Origin: Desulfobacterales bacterium
Lineage (GTDB): Bacteria; Desulfobacterota; Desulfobacteria; Desulfobacterales; UBA11574
Reading direction: 5' to 3'
Assembly (NCBI GenBank): GCA_030601485.1
Contig: JAUVTO010000002.1
Location: 1-36,485, forward strand
Length of the DNA: 36,485 nt
Shown here: positions 14,975 to 23,660 of the stretch, one piece after another
How the letters are laid out: each line of letters opens with the position of its first letter
How positions within the stretch are numbered: the stretch's first letter is position 1
Made by a program: the position numbers and the translations under genes
The notes under the pieces: model-generated
Seen by the model: the letters and a program-made list of their open reading frames with translations, nothing else
The model's database searches: none
What the model was told of the DNA's origin: nothing

Positions 14975-17207
14975 TCTTTTGGTCCTTATATGGAAGCGTG
15001 ATAGAGATCTTTGTACCCTGCATCGGCCTTGATTGAATTTCCATTTCACCTTGAAGCAGTTTGGCCCTTTGCTCCATGCTCCGAATTCCCATTCGTTTCT
15101 CTTCTGATAGGGTTGCCAATCGTTTCTGCACATCAAAACCCTTACCATTATCTTCTATACGAAGAATAATATTAGGAAAAGCTGCAACCAGTCTGATGGT
15201 CACATGGTCAGCGTCAGCGTGCTTTTTGATATTGGTAAGACTTTCTTGAATCAAACGATACAGGTTGATTTCGGTGTCAAAATCCAGCTTTAAATTCTTC
15301 ATGCCGGCGGAATGGAAATCAACATTTATTCCATTGTCTTCAGAAAAATCATGACAATACTGAAAAATAGCCTGTACAAGTCCCATTTCGTCGAGCACTG
15401 AAGGTCGTAAATAATATGAGAGATCCCGGACTGCTTTGATGACCTCCTGAAGCATTATTGACATTTCAGACATTCTTCGCCTGATCTCAGGGGTTATATT
15501 TGGCTGATTATCAAAAAGCGTTTCACAGCCGATTTTTACCGCGGAAAGCTCTTGCGCCACGTGGTCGTGCAAATCACGAGAAATTCTCTGACGCTCATTT
15601 TCTTGGGATTTCATCAACTCGCGGGTGAGAGCATGAATCTGTTCTTCGGCCCGTTTTCGCTCGTTGATATTACGCAATGAGCCAATAATTTTTTCAGGAT
15701 TACCATGCTTATCTCTTATCAGCTTTGCCGTTATCGAACAATAGGTTTGAGAGCCTTCTTTATCTATCATAAGCGCTTCATAGTCAGTGACTTTTCCATT
15801 TTTCAGAAGCTTTTTTAGAAATTCATCTCTATTTTTCGGATCAACATATATATCGGATAATGATTTTCCTATGATCTCTTCTCTTTTGTAGAACGAAACA
15901 TCCTCTATCGAGGGGCTGGCTTCTAAAATTATTCCATCAAGGGTTACTTCATAATAAACATCCTGGATATTTTTAAAAATGTTGCGATATTTCTCTTCAC
16001 TTTTCCTCAGAGCCTCCTCCGCCCGCTTTTTTTCGGTAATATCAGTAATAAATGCAAAGGCGCCCTGTACCTCGCCCGATTTACCCCTGATTGTGGTGGC
16101 ATTAAAATATGTTGGCAGGTCTTCACCGCTCTTTTTTTTTAAGGTAATTTCATAACTGCGATGGGCTGTGACGGATATCTTTGAGGTCTGTTCAATAAAA
16201 ATTTTTCGGTTCTCATCATCAACGAAGTCAAAGGGTGTTTTGCCAATCATCTCATCTTGACTGTAGCCAAGCATTTTGGAAAGAGCCGCGTTGACTTCGA
16301 TAGTTTTGAGTTCAGAATTTATCAGCCAGCATCCTTCCGATGTAATTTCCAGAAGGGTTCGGTATTTCTCTTCGCTTGCTCTCAGCGCCTCCTCTCCTTG
16401 TTTCCGTTCGACAATTCTTCCCGTTAGCCCGGCAATAGCATTGATCAAATTCCTTTCTTCTCTAAGGAAAGGACCTTCATCAATTGCCGGTCTTTCTTCC
16501 AGGTAATAAACCTCCAAAATACCGCTCGGTTCACCATGCACTTTAATATCGCCGACCTGCTTCCAAATTGTCTCCCGGAAATTTTTTGTTCTCCATTCTC
16601 TGCCTTGTATAATAACTCGTGCGCAAGTTATTTCCGGATATTGCCACGAAGGGGGAATAAGATCAACTGTCCCCTGAAGTATCTCCTCCAACGCAACATC
16701 CTGCTGTTCAACAAGATTGGCAATACCATAGAGGCAGTTGAGTTCCTTGACCCGTTCGCCAAGATCATGGGTCTTCTTCCGCAAGGCTTTCTCTACATGC
16801 TTATATTCTGTAACGTCGTGCCAGATGCTGATGATAACACCCGGCTCCTTATCTGCAACTCGTTCAAGGAGAGAAGCATTTACGTTGAAATGGCTTACTT
16901 TGTCCTTTGTTGTCATCCGGAATTCGGCATTATGGTAAAAACCTTCGAGGCGAACCTTTTTTTCCATCTCAGACCAACGGTTCAAAGCATTGGCATCGAG
17001 TTGTTCAAGCCAGATGAACATACTGGTCTCAACGACATCCCGCCACTGCCGTCCGAAGAACGTGCAAAAGGTCTCATTGACCACGATAATAGTATGCGTC
17101 GAGTCCGTAATCACGATACCGTCGGCCGAGGCACGCAGCAGCGTCTCGAAGAACTTTACTGTCTGCCGGGTGGCTTCTAATTCGCCTTTCCTAAGTCGTT
17201 TGCTCAT
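14964..17207 (-). CDS. Cytoplasmic multi-PAS sensor histidine kinase (HisKA_3 / HATPase_c, NarX-DegS type)
   Basis: 747 aa with no obvious TM. It has at least three PAS-like modules, an H-box (RISRDLHDHVAQEL) and ATPase N/G boxes (ESLTNIKKHA, EDNGKGF). Confidence 0.85.
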   Translation of the reverse strand: MSKRLRKGELEATRQTVKFFETLLRASADGIVITDSTHTIIVVNETFCTFFGRQWRDVVETSMFIWLEQLDANALNRWSEMEKKVRLEGFYHNAEFRMTTKDKVSHFNVNASLLERVADKEPGVIISIWHDVTEYKHVEKALRKKTHDLGERVKELNCLYGIANLVEQQDVALEEILQGTVDLIPPSWQYPEITCARVIIQGREWRTKNFRETIWKQVGDIKVHGEPSGILEVYYLEERPAIDEGPFLREERNLINAIAGLTGRIVERKQGEEALRASEEKYRTLLEITSEGCWLINSELKTIEVNAALSKMLGYSQDEMIGKTPFDFVDDENRKIFIEQTSKISVTAHRSYEITLKKKSGEDLPTYFNATTIRGKSGEVQGAFAFITDITEKKRAEEALRKSEEKYRNIFKNIQDVYYEVTLDGIILEASPSIEDVSFYKREEIIGKSLSDIYVDPKNRDEFLKKLLKNGKVTDYEALMIDKEGSQTYCSITAKLIRDKHGNPEKIIGSLRNINERKRAEEQIHALTRELMKSQENERQRISRDLHDHVAQELSAVKIGCETLFDNQPNITPEIRRRMSEMSIMLQEVIKAVRDLSYYLRPSVLDEMGLVQAIFQYCHDFSEDNGINVDFHSAGMKNLKLDFDTEINLYRLIQESLTNIKKHADADHVTIRLVAAFPNIILRIEDNGKGFDVQKRLATLSEEKRMGIRSMEQRAKLLQGEMEIQSRPMQGTKISITLPYKDQKSGS

Positions 17208-17482
17208 AGTAATTCAAATTTGCTTCTCTCTCGGGCATTAATAATTTCCCAACAAAGAAAAAACGAAAAGGCCCATACTTTGATACAGTTTATATACTGT
17301 ATATGAGCCTTTATCTATCACATAGGGTTACCCCTGAATTTGGCTGTTATTATCTTATTTCTATTTTATTCTAACAGGTTATATGTCATTTTGAATCGGG
17401 CCTTCAATTTTGTTTAGTCATAAATATTATAGATAAAAATATATTTCTATAAAAAAAAACTATTACAAATTTTAAAAAACAA

Positions 17483-17548
17483 GTCTATAGGATAAAGTTC
17501 TTATTTGTGTAGGAAAACATCCTAAAGATATAGGGAGTTATCCCGAAC
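17483..17548. promoter_or_regulatory. Degenerate fourth copy of the conserved intergenic element, upstream of the kinase operon
   Basis: GTCTATAGGATAAAGTTCTTATTTGTGTAGGAAAACATCCTAAAGATATAGGGAGTTATCCCGAAC. It keeps GTCyATAG, TTCTTtATTTg.TG.aGGAAAAC and the GGGAGTTATCCC dyad (17533-17544), in the same orientation as copies 1-3. Confidence 0.55.
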
Positions 17549-17644
17549 TTGAATCAAATATTACAATGCCATACGGTTAATGGACAACAAAATATATCAT
17601 TCTGCCCTGGCTTTCAGGTTCTTGCCTCCCTTTGGCATGGTTTT

Positions 17645-17737
17645 TGGAATTTGATGCTTGAGATTTGGGATTTATTTGGAATTTGGTACTTGGAATTTGG
17701 GATTTAATTGATCTTTGTCGCCTGGAATTTGGGATTT
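17645..17737. repeat. Degenerate direct repeats of TGGAATTTGGGATTT
   Basis: Exact 15-mers at 17691-17705 and 17723-17737. Partial copies at 17645-17656, 17663-17673 and 17677-17690. Confidence 0.8.
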
Positions 17738-17800
17738 CAAAAAATCCGTGAACGGTTACAAATGATCCTTAACCCGCTACACCCATCAGCACACTTGTTT

Positions 17801-18073
17801 CTAATTTTGTGCTAAATGACGTTCATTTTCTCCGATAAAAATTAGGTTGCAGAGTTTCTCTAAGTCGCCAAAGTTCTTTTGCAACACATTCCTGCCAAAT
17901 GAATAAATGGTCCTAAGATCATTAGTATCAATAAAGATTTGATAAAAATTGTTTCCATGATCTTTAATAGTATTGATCAATTCATATGCCGACGTTCCAT
18001 CAAAATCACCATTCAGTTTCAGATGAAGACTGTCTCTGGTTTTATAAGATACAATTTGAAAATTTGCAGCCAT
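17801..18073 (-). CDS. Small hypothetical protein, possibly STAS-like (anti-sigma antagonist fold)
   Basis: Start set at ATG 18073 (MAANFQIV...), 7 nt after SD AAGGAG. LHLKLNGDFDGTSAYEL...IFIDTNDLRTIYSFG loosely follows the STAS pattern. The function call is weak. Confidence 0.45.
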   Translation of the reverse strand: MAANFQIVSYKTRDSLHLKLNGDFDGTSAYELINTIKDHGNNFYQIFIDTNDLRTIYSFGRNVLQKNFGDLEKLCNLIFIGENERHLAQN

Positions 18074-18298
18074 TGCGTATCTCCTTTTAAAGCAATTAAA
18101 ACCATACAAGAAATAAGAAAAAGGTCATTATCCCTGCCGGTACAGTTAAATCCCTTTTTACCAGCAGGGACTGAACACCACCACCCAGGTGGTGATATAT
18201 CTGCCAGAAGTTATAAACGGTATCACCATTGACTTTGTGATTTAACCCGGCATTGTTCACCCTTCGACAGTTCGCTCAATCGGGGAATGAGTGAGGTT

Positions 18299-18805
18299 TC
18301 AGATGACGTTTCCGATCAGGAATTCCTTTATGCTTTCCTTAATCTTACCCTCAGGTAAGTCCTCTAAATAATTAAAACAATTTATACACAAACAGACAAA
18401 ATCTTCGTTCTCAAGGATTTCTTCAGAAGGCACCTTTTCGCCGCATAAGTCACACGAACAGCTTAATCCATGAACATTCCCACCATAAACTGCATGGCTT
18501 TTAGCCAGATATTGGATGCCGATTCCATAACAGGAAGTTTCACTTTTATCTATTTTTTTGCACCATTTTACTTTCGCCCGATAGGCCTTGTAAGCTTCAG
18601 GGCCAGGCGTATCAGGCGTGTAATTTACCATTTTAATGCAAATATCTGACTTTTGCTTGATGGCATGGTCTGACTCGAAATACATACCGCCAAGGCCGCT
18701 GTTATACATTTTGGCATTATAATAGTTTTCCGTATCATAATTTGCATACATGATAGGGGCTTCATAAGAATTGCGGGAATACGCTCTTTTTATTAATGTA
18801 GACAT
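18299..18805 (-). CDS. PilZ-domain protein with a C-terminal Cys-rich (2x CxCxxC) module
   Basis: 168 aa with RxxxR (RAYSR) and NSGLGGMYFES. The C-terminal region has CSCDLC (C116/118/121) and CLCINC (C138/140/143). Confidence 0.7.
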   Translation of the reverse strand: MSTLIKRAYSRNSYEAPIMYANYDTENYYNAKMYNSGLGGMYFESDHAIKQKSDICIKMVNYTPDTPGPEAYKAYRAKVKWCKKIDKSETSCYGIGIQYLAKSHAVYGGNVHGLSCSCDLCGEKVPSEEILENEDFVCLCINCFNYLEDLPEGKIKESIKEFLIGNVI

Positions 18806-19033
18806 TTTTTTACTCCTACTTGAATTTTGTAACTAAAAATATGAATTCGGTAACAACTAACCCTGGAGCGGGTTTTTTTGCCAAACTTATTGGTTTACTT
18901 GGAGCAATTTTGATCTTGCATAGTTTGTATCTAACAATTTGATTTCTCGGAATTGAATAGAGGTTTTTCTTTGTAAATGTCCAACCTTCTATTTTTGGAA
19001 CTTTATCTTTTTTATTACGCTTTATATTCAATT

Positions 19034-19129
19034 TGTCCATAGAGGGAAGGCTTCATTTTGATGGTGGGGACCTCTATGGGAGCGGGAGTTTATCCCACAC
19101 AATCGGGAGAAAAACGGATGAGATAGGTT
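19034..19129. promoter_or_regulatory. Conserved intergenic element, copy 3
   Basis: TGTCCATAGAGGGAAGGCTTCATTTTGATGGTGGGGACCTCTATGGGAGCGGGAGTTTATCCCACACAATCGGGAGAAAAACGGATGAGATAGGTT. It lies directly downstream of the DUF72 stop and 229-324 nt upstream of the PilZ/Cys-rich gene. Confidence 0.85.
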
Positions 19130-19137
19130 GTAACCGT

Positions 19138-19875
19138 TCAGGGGTTCAGAAGGTCTTTGAGCCTCAGAGCATTTTTAGGTGCATGCCCCATCGCATCGTT
19201 GTCAAAGTAAACATAAGTATCTACGCCCCATTTTTTTATCTTTTCAGCCCAGTTGTTAATTTCGTTTTCTGAGTATTCGGACACATATAGTTTTCTTGAT
19301 CCATGCAGACGAATATAGATAAAATTAGATGTTACTGCTTCAAGATAGGGGTAGCGTCCCGCAGTGTCTGAAATACACCATGCAATATTATGTTTTTTTA
19401 AAGAAAATAGCGCCTTTTCTTCCAACCAACTCGGGTGTCTTGCCTCTATAGCTACGCACTTATTTTTTGGCAGGAAGTTGCAAAATAAATCGAAAACTTC
19501 CTTTTCAAAGGTCAGTGTGGGCGGGAGCTGGAAAAGAATTGCCCCAAGCTTTTCTTTTAATCCCGATACCTCACCAAAAAACTTTTTTAATGGTTCTGCG
19601 ATATCTTTTAGCCTTTTGATATGGGTTATGTAACGGTTCGCTTTGACCGACCAAATAAACCCATCCGGTGTTTTTTCCCTCCAGGTTTCGTAAGTTTTGT
19701 GAGACATGGATCGGTAGAAGGTCGCGTTTACTTCAACGCTGTTAAAGTGTTTTGCGTAGAATTTCAACCAATCGGACTTGGGACAGCTCTTCTCATAAAA
19801 TACTTGTTTCCAGTGATCATAGTTCCATCCGGAGGTTCCGATATGTATCTTGTTCTGCATTTGAGGTAAAACCAT
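19138..19875 (-). CDS. DUF72 (UPF0759) family protein
   Basis: 245 aa. IHIGTSGWNYDHWKQVFY...FNSVEVNATFY...LFQLPP matches the DUF72 signature. It is the last gene of the glycogen operon. Confidence 0.75.
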   Translation of the reverse strand: MVLPQMQNKIHIGTSGWNYDHWKQVFYEKSCPKSDWLKFYAKHFNSVEVNATFYRSMSHKTYETWREKTPDGFIWSVKANRYITHIKRLKDIAEPLKKFFGEVSGLKEKLGAILFQLPPTLTFEKEVFDLFCNFLPKNKCVAIEARHPSWLEEKALFSLKKHNIAWCISDTAGRYPYLEAVTSNFIYIRLHGSRKLYVSEYSENEINNWAEKIKKWGVDTYVYFDNDAMGHAPKNALRLKDLLNP

Positions 19876-19925
19876 ACTCAGGGGTAATCCAAAGCTACGC
19901 CTCCTAATCGTGGACCCTTTATTCT

Positions 19926-22019
19926 TTAAGGATGTCCCAAATCATTACAGTCGGAGGAGGCAGATTGAAGGACCAGTGCCGTGCGGGTGGGAAGATATAG
20001 GCTGAGCAGATTACATTGCCGGTCCATTGAAGTGTCCAACAGGGTCAGATGATGTTGATCCGGGTGTAAACGGTTGTGACCCCCATATTCCGGCGCATCG
20101 CTGTTGAAAATCATACGGTATTTTCCGGGCGGCGCTTCGAAGCGATAATCCGAATACGAGTGTTCGGGATGAAAGTTGAAGATGAATAGAAGTCCTGCTC
20201 TTTCAAATATAATAATTTTATTGTCCGAGTGCTCGTAAACAAGGCGTATTTCCATAGATTCCAGCAGTTTATAATCCCCGGATAAAGATATCATGTCTCG
20301 ATCAAAACGGGCGAGGAATTGATACTTCAGGCTTTCGTCATCCACCAGATGCCATTGGCGCCGGGCATATCTATAAGACCAGTTGTTTCCTTCCCGCGGA
20401 AAGTCGATCCACTCCGGATGCCCGAATTCATTACCCATGAAATTGAGATAGCCATTGCCGGCCGTGGCCAGGGTGATGAGCCGAATCATTTTATGCAGAG
20501 CCATTCCGCGTGCCACGGTATGGTTATCATCACCCACCTGCATGTGATCATACATATCCGCATCAATTAAACGGAAAAAAATCGTCTTATCGCCCACCAG
20601 GGCCTGGTCGTGGGACTCGGTGTAACTGATGGTTTTTTCATCCCGTCTCCGGTTGGTCAATTCAGACCAAAGGTGCCCCATGTGCCATTTTTCATCCGGC
20701 GTATCTTTGACAAGTCGTATCCAGTTGTCGGGCACTCCCATGGCGAAACGATAATCAAACCCCATGCCGCCGGATGAAACCGGAACGGCCAACCCGGGCA
20801 TTCCACTGATATCCTCGGCTATGGTAACCGCATCAGGGCGCACATCATGGATAACTTTATTTGCAAGGGTCAGATAGATAAGGGCATCTTCGTCCACGTT
20901 GTCGCCAAAGTAGTGGTCATAGGAAGTAAATGCTTTTTCCAAGCCGTGATCCATGTAAAGCATACTGGTCACCCCGTCAAACCGAAAACCGTCCAATTTA
21001 TATTCATCCAGCCAGAAACGGCAGTTGGAAAGAAGAAAATGAAGTACCTGGTGTTTTTCGTAGTCAAAACACCTGGAATCCCAGGCTTCGTGAATACCCC
21101 GTGGTCCTTCATGAAAGTATTGATACAGTGTGCCGTCGAATCTGCTCAATCCCTCCACCTCATTGGAAACCCCGTGTGAATGAACCAGGTCTATAATCAC
21201 CCTCAGACCGGAAGCATGAGCGGTGTCGATAAGCTCTTTCAGCTCCTCCGGTGTTCCGAACCGGGACGAAGCAGCAAAAAAGCTCGAAACCTGGTAGCCG
21301 AAAGAACCGTAGTAAGGATGCTCCTGAATCGCCATTAATTGCAGTGTATTGTAGCCCGTCGCAACAATACGCGGAAGGATTTGTGTGGTAAATTCTCCAT
21401 AAGAGCCGATTTTCTCCTCTTCCTGGGCCATACCCACATGGGCTTCGTAAACAAATATCGGGTCCGAGGGAAACTGAAAATCCATACATTTCCAGTGATA
21501 AGGATCTGGCGGGAACCAGACCTGGGCATTAAAAATCAGCGTATCAGGGTCCTGAACAACGCGACGGGAATAGGCAGGGATACGATCGCCTTCACTACCG
21601 GGCCAGTGGATACGGAGTCGATAATGATCGCCGTGTTTCAATTTATCTTGAGACAAACGAATTTCCCAATGACCATCTTGGGTGATCCGGTGCAGGGCGA
21701 AGTCTTTTTTCTCTCGCCAGTTCGTCATATCGCCGATCAAGTAGATCCGGGTGGCATTGGGCGCCCACTCACGAAAAACCCATTCACCGTTTCGGAAATG
21801 CATTCCGAAATATTCATGGCCGGCGGCGAATTCCGCCAGGCTCTTTTTGCCCTGGGTCAGGCGCGATTCTGTTTCCATTGTTTTCAGCAGTCGCCGGCGA
21901 ATGGTTTTCTCATATGGCGTCAGGTAGGAGTCTCGGGATAAAAAACGCTTGAGTATGGTATTGATATGATTGTCTTGACCCGAACTTTTCGGATCACCTG
22001 AGGTTTCAAACATAATCAA
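19926..22019 (-). CDS. glgB: 1,4-alpha-glucan branching enzyme, eukaryote-like GH13 type
   Basis: 697 aa. GH13 regions are DLVHSH, GFRFDGVTSMLY, IAEDISGMP and YTESHDQALVGDKT. The last three closely resemble the signatures I recall for eukaryotic GBE1-type (GH13_8) enzymes. Confidence 0.85.
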   Translation of the reverse strand: MIMFETSGDPKSSGQDNHINTILKRFLSRDSYLTPYEKTIRRRLLKTMETESRLTQGKKSLAEFAAGHEYFGMHFRNGEWVFREWAPNATRIYLIGDMTNWREKKDFALHRITQDGHWEIRLSQDKLKHGDHYRLRIHWPGSEGDRIPAYSRRVVQDPDTLIFNAQVWFPPDPYHWKCMDFQFPSDPIFVYEAHVGMAQEEEKIGSYGEFTTQILPRIVATGYNTLQLMAIQEHPYYGSFGYQVSSFFAASSRFGTPEELKELIDTAHASGLRVIIDLVHSHGVSNEVEGLSRFDGTLYQYFHEGPRGIHEAWDSRCFDYEKHQVLHFLLSNCRFWLDEYKLDGFRFDGVTSMLYMDHGLEKAFTSYDHYFGDNVDEDALIYLTLANKVIHDVRPDAVTIAEDISGMPGLAVPVSSGGMGFDYRFAMGVPDNWIRLVKDTPDEKWHMGHLWSELTNRRRDEKTISYTESHDQALVGDKTIFFRLIDADMYDHMQVGDDNHTVARGMALHKMIRLITLATAGNGYLNFMGNEFGHPEWIDFPREGNNWSYRYARRQWHLVDDESLKYQFLARFDRDMISLSGDYKLLESMEIRLVYEHSDNKIIIFERAGLLFIFNFHPEHSYSDYRFEAPPGKYRMIFNSDAPEYGGHNRLHPDQHHLTLLDTSMDRQCNLLSLYLPTRTALVLQSASSDCNDLGHP

Positions 22020-22051
22020 TCTTTTCTTGGTTTGTTTAGGTTTGCTTTGCT

Positions 22052-23581
22052 TCAGCTATCCGTCGGTTTGTTCACAATCAGCGGCCGCCGCAGCATCTTC
22101 TCATAAAGCTCGATATACTGTCGAGCTGTTTCGGCATGGGTAAATTTGGCGGCACTTTCGGTCATGACCCGTTTGATTTGCTTTGCCTTTATCCTGTCGG
22201 GAAGATTATAAAAGTTCATGGCCTGGTTGACAGCCCAGAAAAGCCCATTGGCACCAAAATTCTTAAACAGGAAGCCATTGCCGGAATTGTTTTCAACATC
22301 CAGATCACTAATCGTATCATGGATCCCGCCGGTATCATGGGCTACAGGAAGACTTCCGTAAATCGGGGCTATCATTTGCGGAAGGCCGCACGGTTCAAAA
22401 CTAGACGGCATCAGGATAAAATCCGAAGCCCCGTAAGCCTGATGTTCCAGCCCGTTGTCAAAATCGCAAAGTGCTACGCGTTTCTGAAATCCGTGATGAT
22501 TCACAATGTCTCTGAATACCATTTGATAATCACCATTGGCGACAAAGACGACCTGAAGATTCTGGTCCCAGTATTTCGAAATCACCTTGTAAAATATTTT
22601 GTCTAACAACTGGCATCCCTTCTGAATCGGATCAAGCCGGGATGGCCAGAAGAAGACGGGTGCTTTTTCGTCTTTAATTAATCCTAATTTTTCTTGCAAA
22701 AACAGCTTGTTTGCTCGTTTGCCCAATAAAAAGTCTTCCGGACCGTAGTTTTGCTTGAGATGTTTATCTGCACAAGGATTAAAGGAAGGGTCCGGCGCAT
22801 TCAGTATTCCAACGGCACAGCCGGCATGATATTTATTGGCCAATTCCCGTTGTATGGGATGTTCGACAAAACCATGCCTCCCATTGACGACTTCCAGCAG
22901 GAATGTCGGGCTGACAATATTCACAAAATGAGCGGCAAAAATTCCACTGGTGAGCAAATCTACGGGATTGGTATTCCGTATGTCTTCATAATTCGTGGCC
23001 ATATTTTCATAATATAAATTTTGCCAAAAATAGGCGGCATCGATACCCCTATCCTCCATATAGGCCAGTGTTGTCTTTATCGTGTGCACATTGTGAATGG
23101 TAAAAAGGCATGGAATTTCCATTTGCCTGGCCATCGCCGGAATGATACCGGTCATCCAATCATTGCAATGAATCAAATCCGGTTGGATCTGGGGGACGAT
23201 GTGATTGATCACCTCACGTTGAAAAGCCAGGGCGAGTTTAATATTGTCTTCTCCGTAGGAAGAATAAACACGGTTGATGTAATAAAAGGCCCTGTCTTCC
23301 GCCAGATGGATGCGATCATCAGGCATTTTGCGCTGAATTTTATTGAGTTCTTTTTTTAAAACAGGGGCCAACCCGTTACTGAAGATGGAACGGTAGTCCG
23401 GAATGGCCACGTGCACGTCGGCTCCCTGTTCAAACAGGGCACTGATCAGTGCTGCCGAGACGTCGGCAAGCCCCCCTGCTTTGGCGGTAAAAAAAGAGGC
23501 CATACCTCCCATACGGTCCGGCAAATACGTTACTTCCGGAGTTACAACGAGAATGCGGGGATTAATCTGTGGATGTATCAT
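22052..23581 (-). CDS. glgA: Glycogen/starch synthase (GT5)
   Basis: 509 aa with the N-terminal KxGGL motif (KAGGLADV) and the C-terminal EPCGLxQ motif (FEPCGLPQM). Confidence 0.88.
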   Translation of the reverse strand: MIHPQINPRILVVTPEVTYLPDRMGGMASFFTAKAGGLADVSAALISALFEQGADVHVAIPDYRSIFSNGLAPVLKKELNKIQRKMPDDRIHLAEDRAFYYINRVYSSYGEDNIKLALAFQREVINHIVPQIQPDLIHCNDWMTGIIPAMARQMEIPCLFTIHNVHTIKTTLAYMEDRGIDAAYFWQNLYYENMATNYEDIRNTNPVDLLTSGIFAAHFVNIVSPTFLLEVVNGRHGFVEHPIQRELANKYHAGCAVGILNAPDPSFNPCADKHLKQNYGPEDFLLGKRANKLFLQEKLGLIKDEKAPVFFWPSRLDPIQKGCQLLDKIFYKVISKYWDQNLQVVFVANGDYQMVFRDIVNHHGFQKRVALCDFDNGLEHQAYGASDFILMPSSFEPCGLPQMIAPIYGSLPVAHDTGGIHDTISDLDVENNSGNGFLFKNFGANGLFWAVNQAMNFYNLPDRIKAKQIKRVMTESAAKFTHAETARQYIELYEKMLRRPLIVNKPTDS

Positions 23582-23660
23582 GGACAGCTCCTATATCGGA
23601 TAAACCGGAACCGAAGAGGATTTAAAATTAAATATTTAAAATTTCCAATCATCAATCCTT

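Noticed and set aside
17633-17647. Sigma-54-like TGGCAT-N5-TTGG on the plus strand
   Set aside because: The -12 element is TTGG, not TTGC. It points toward the 3' end of a minus-strand gene, and it overlaps the simple repeat.
18816-19040. 74-aa minus-strand ORF starting inside element copy 3 (MDKLNIKRNKKDK...)
   Set aside because: The ATGGAC start is part of the conserved element, and the same ATG in copies 1 and 2 opens only 14- and 19-codon frames. It is preceded by CCTCCTCT (anti-SD-like) and has no SD, and the product is low-complexity and Lys-rich. A short leader peptide cannot be fully excluded.
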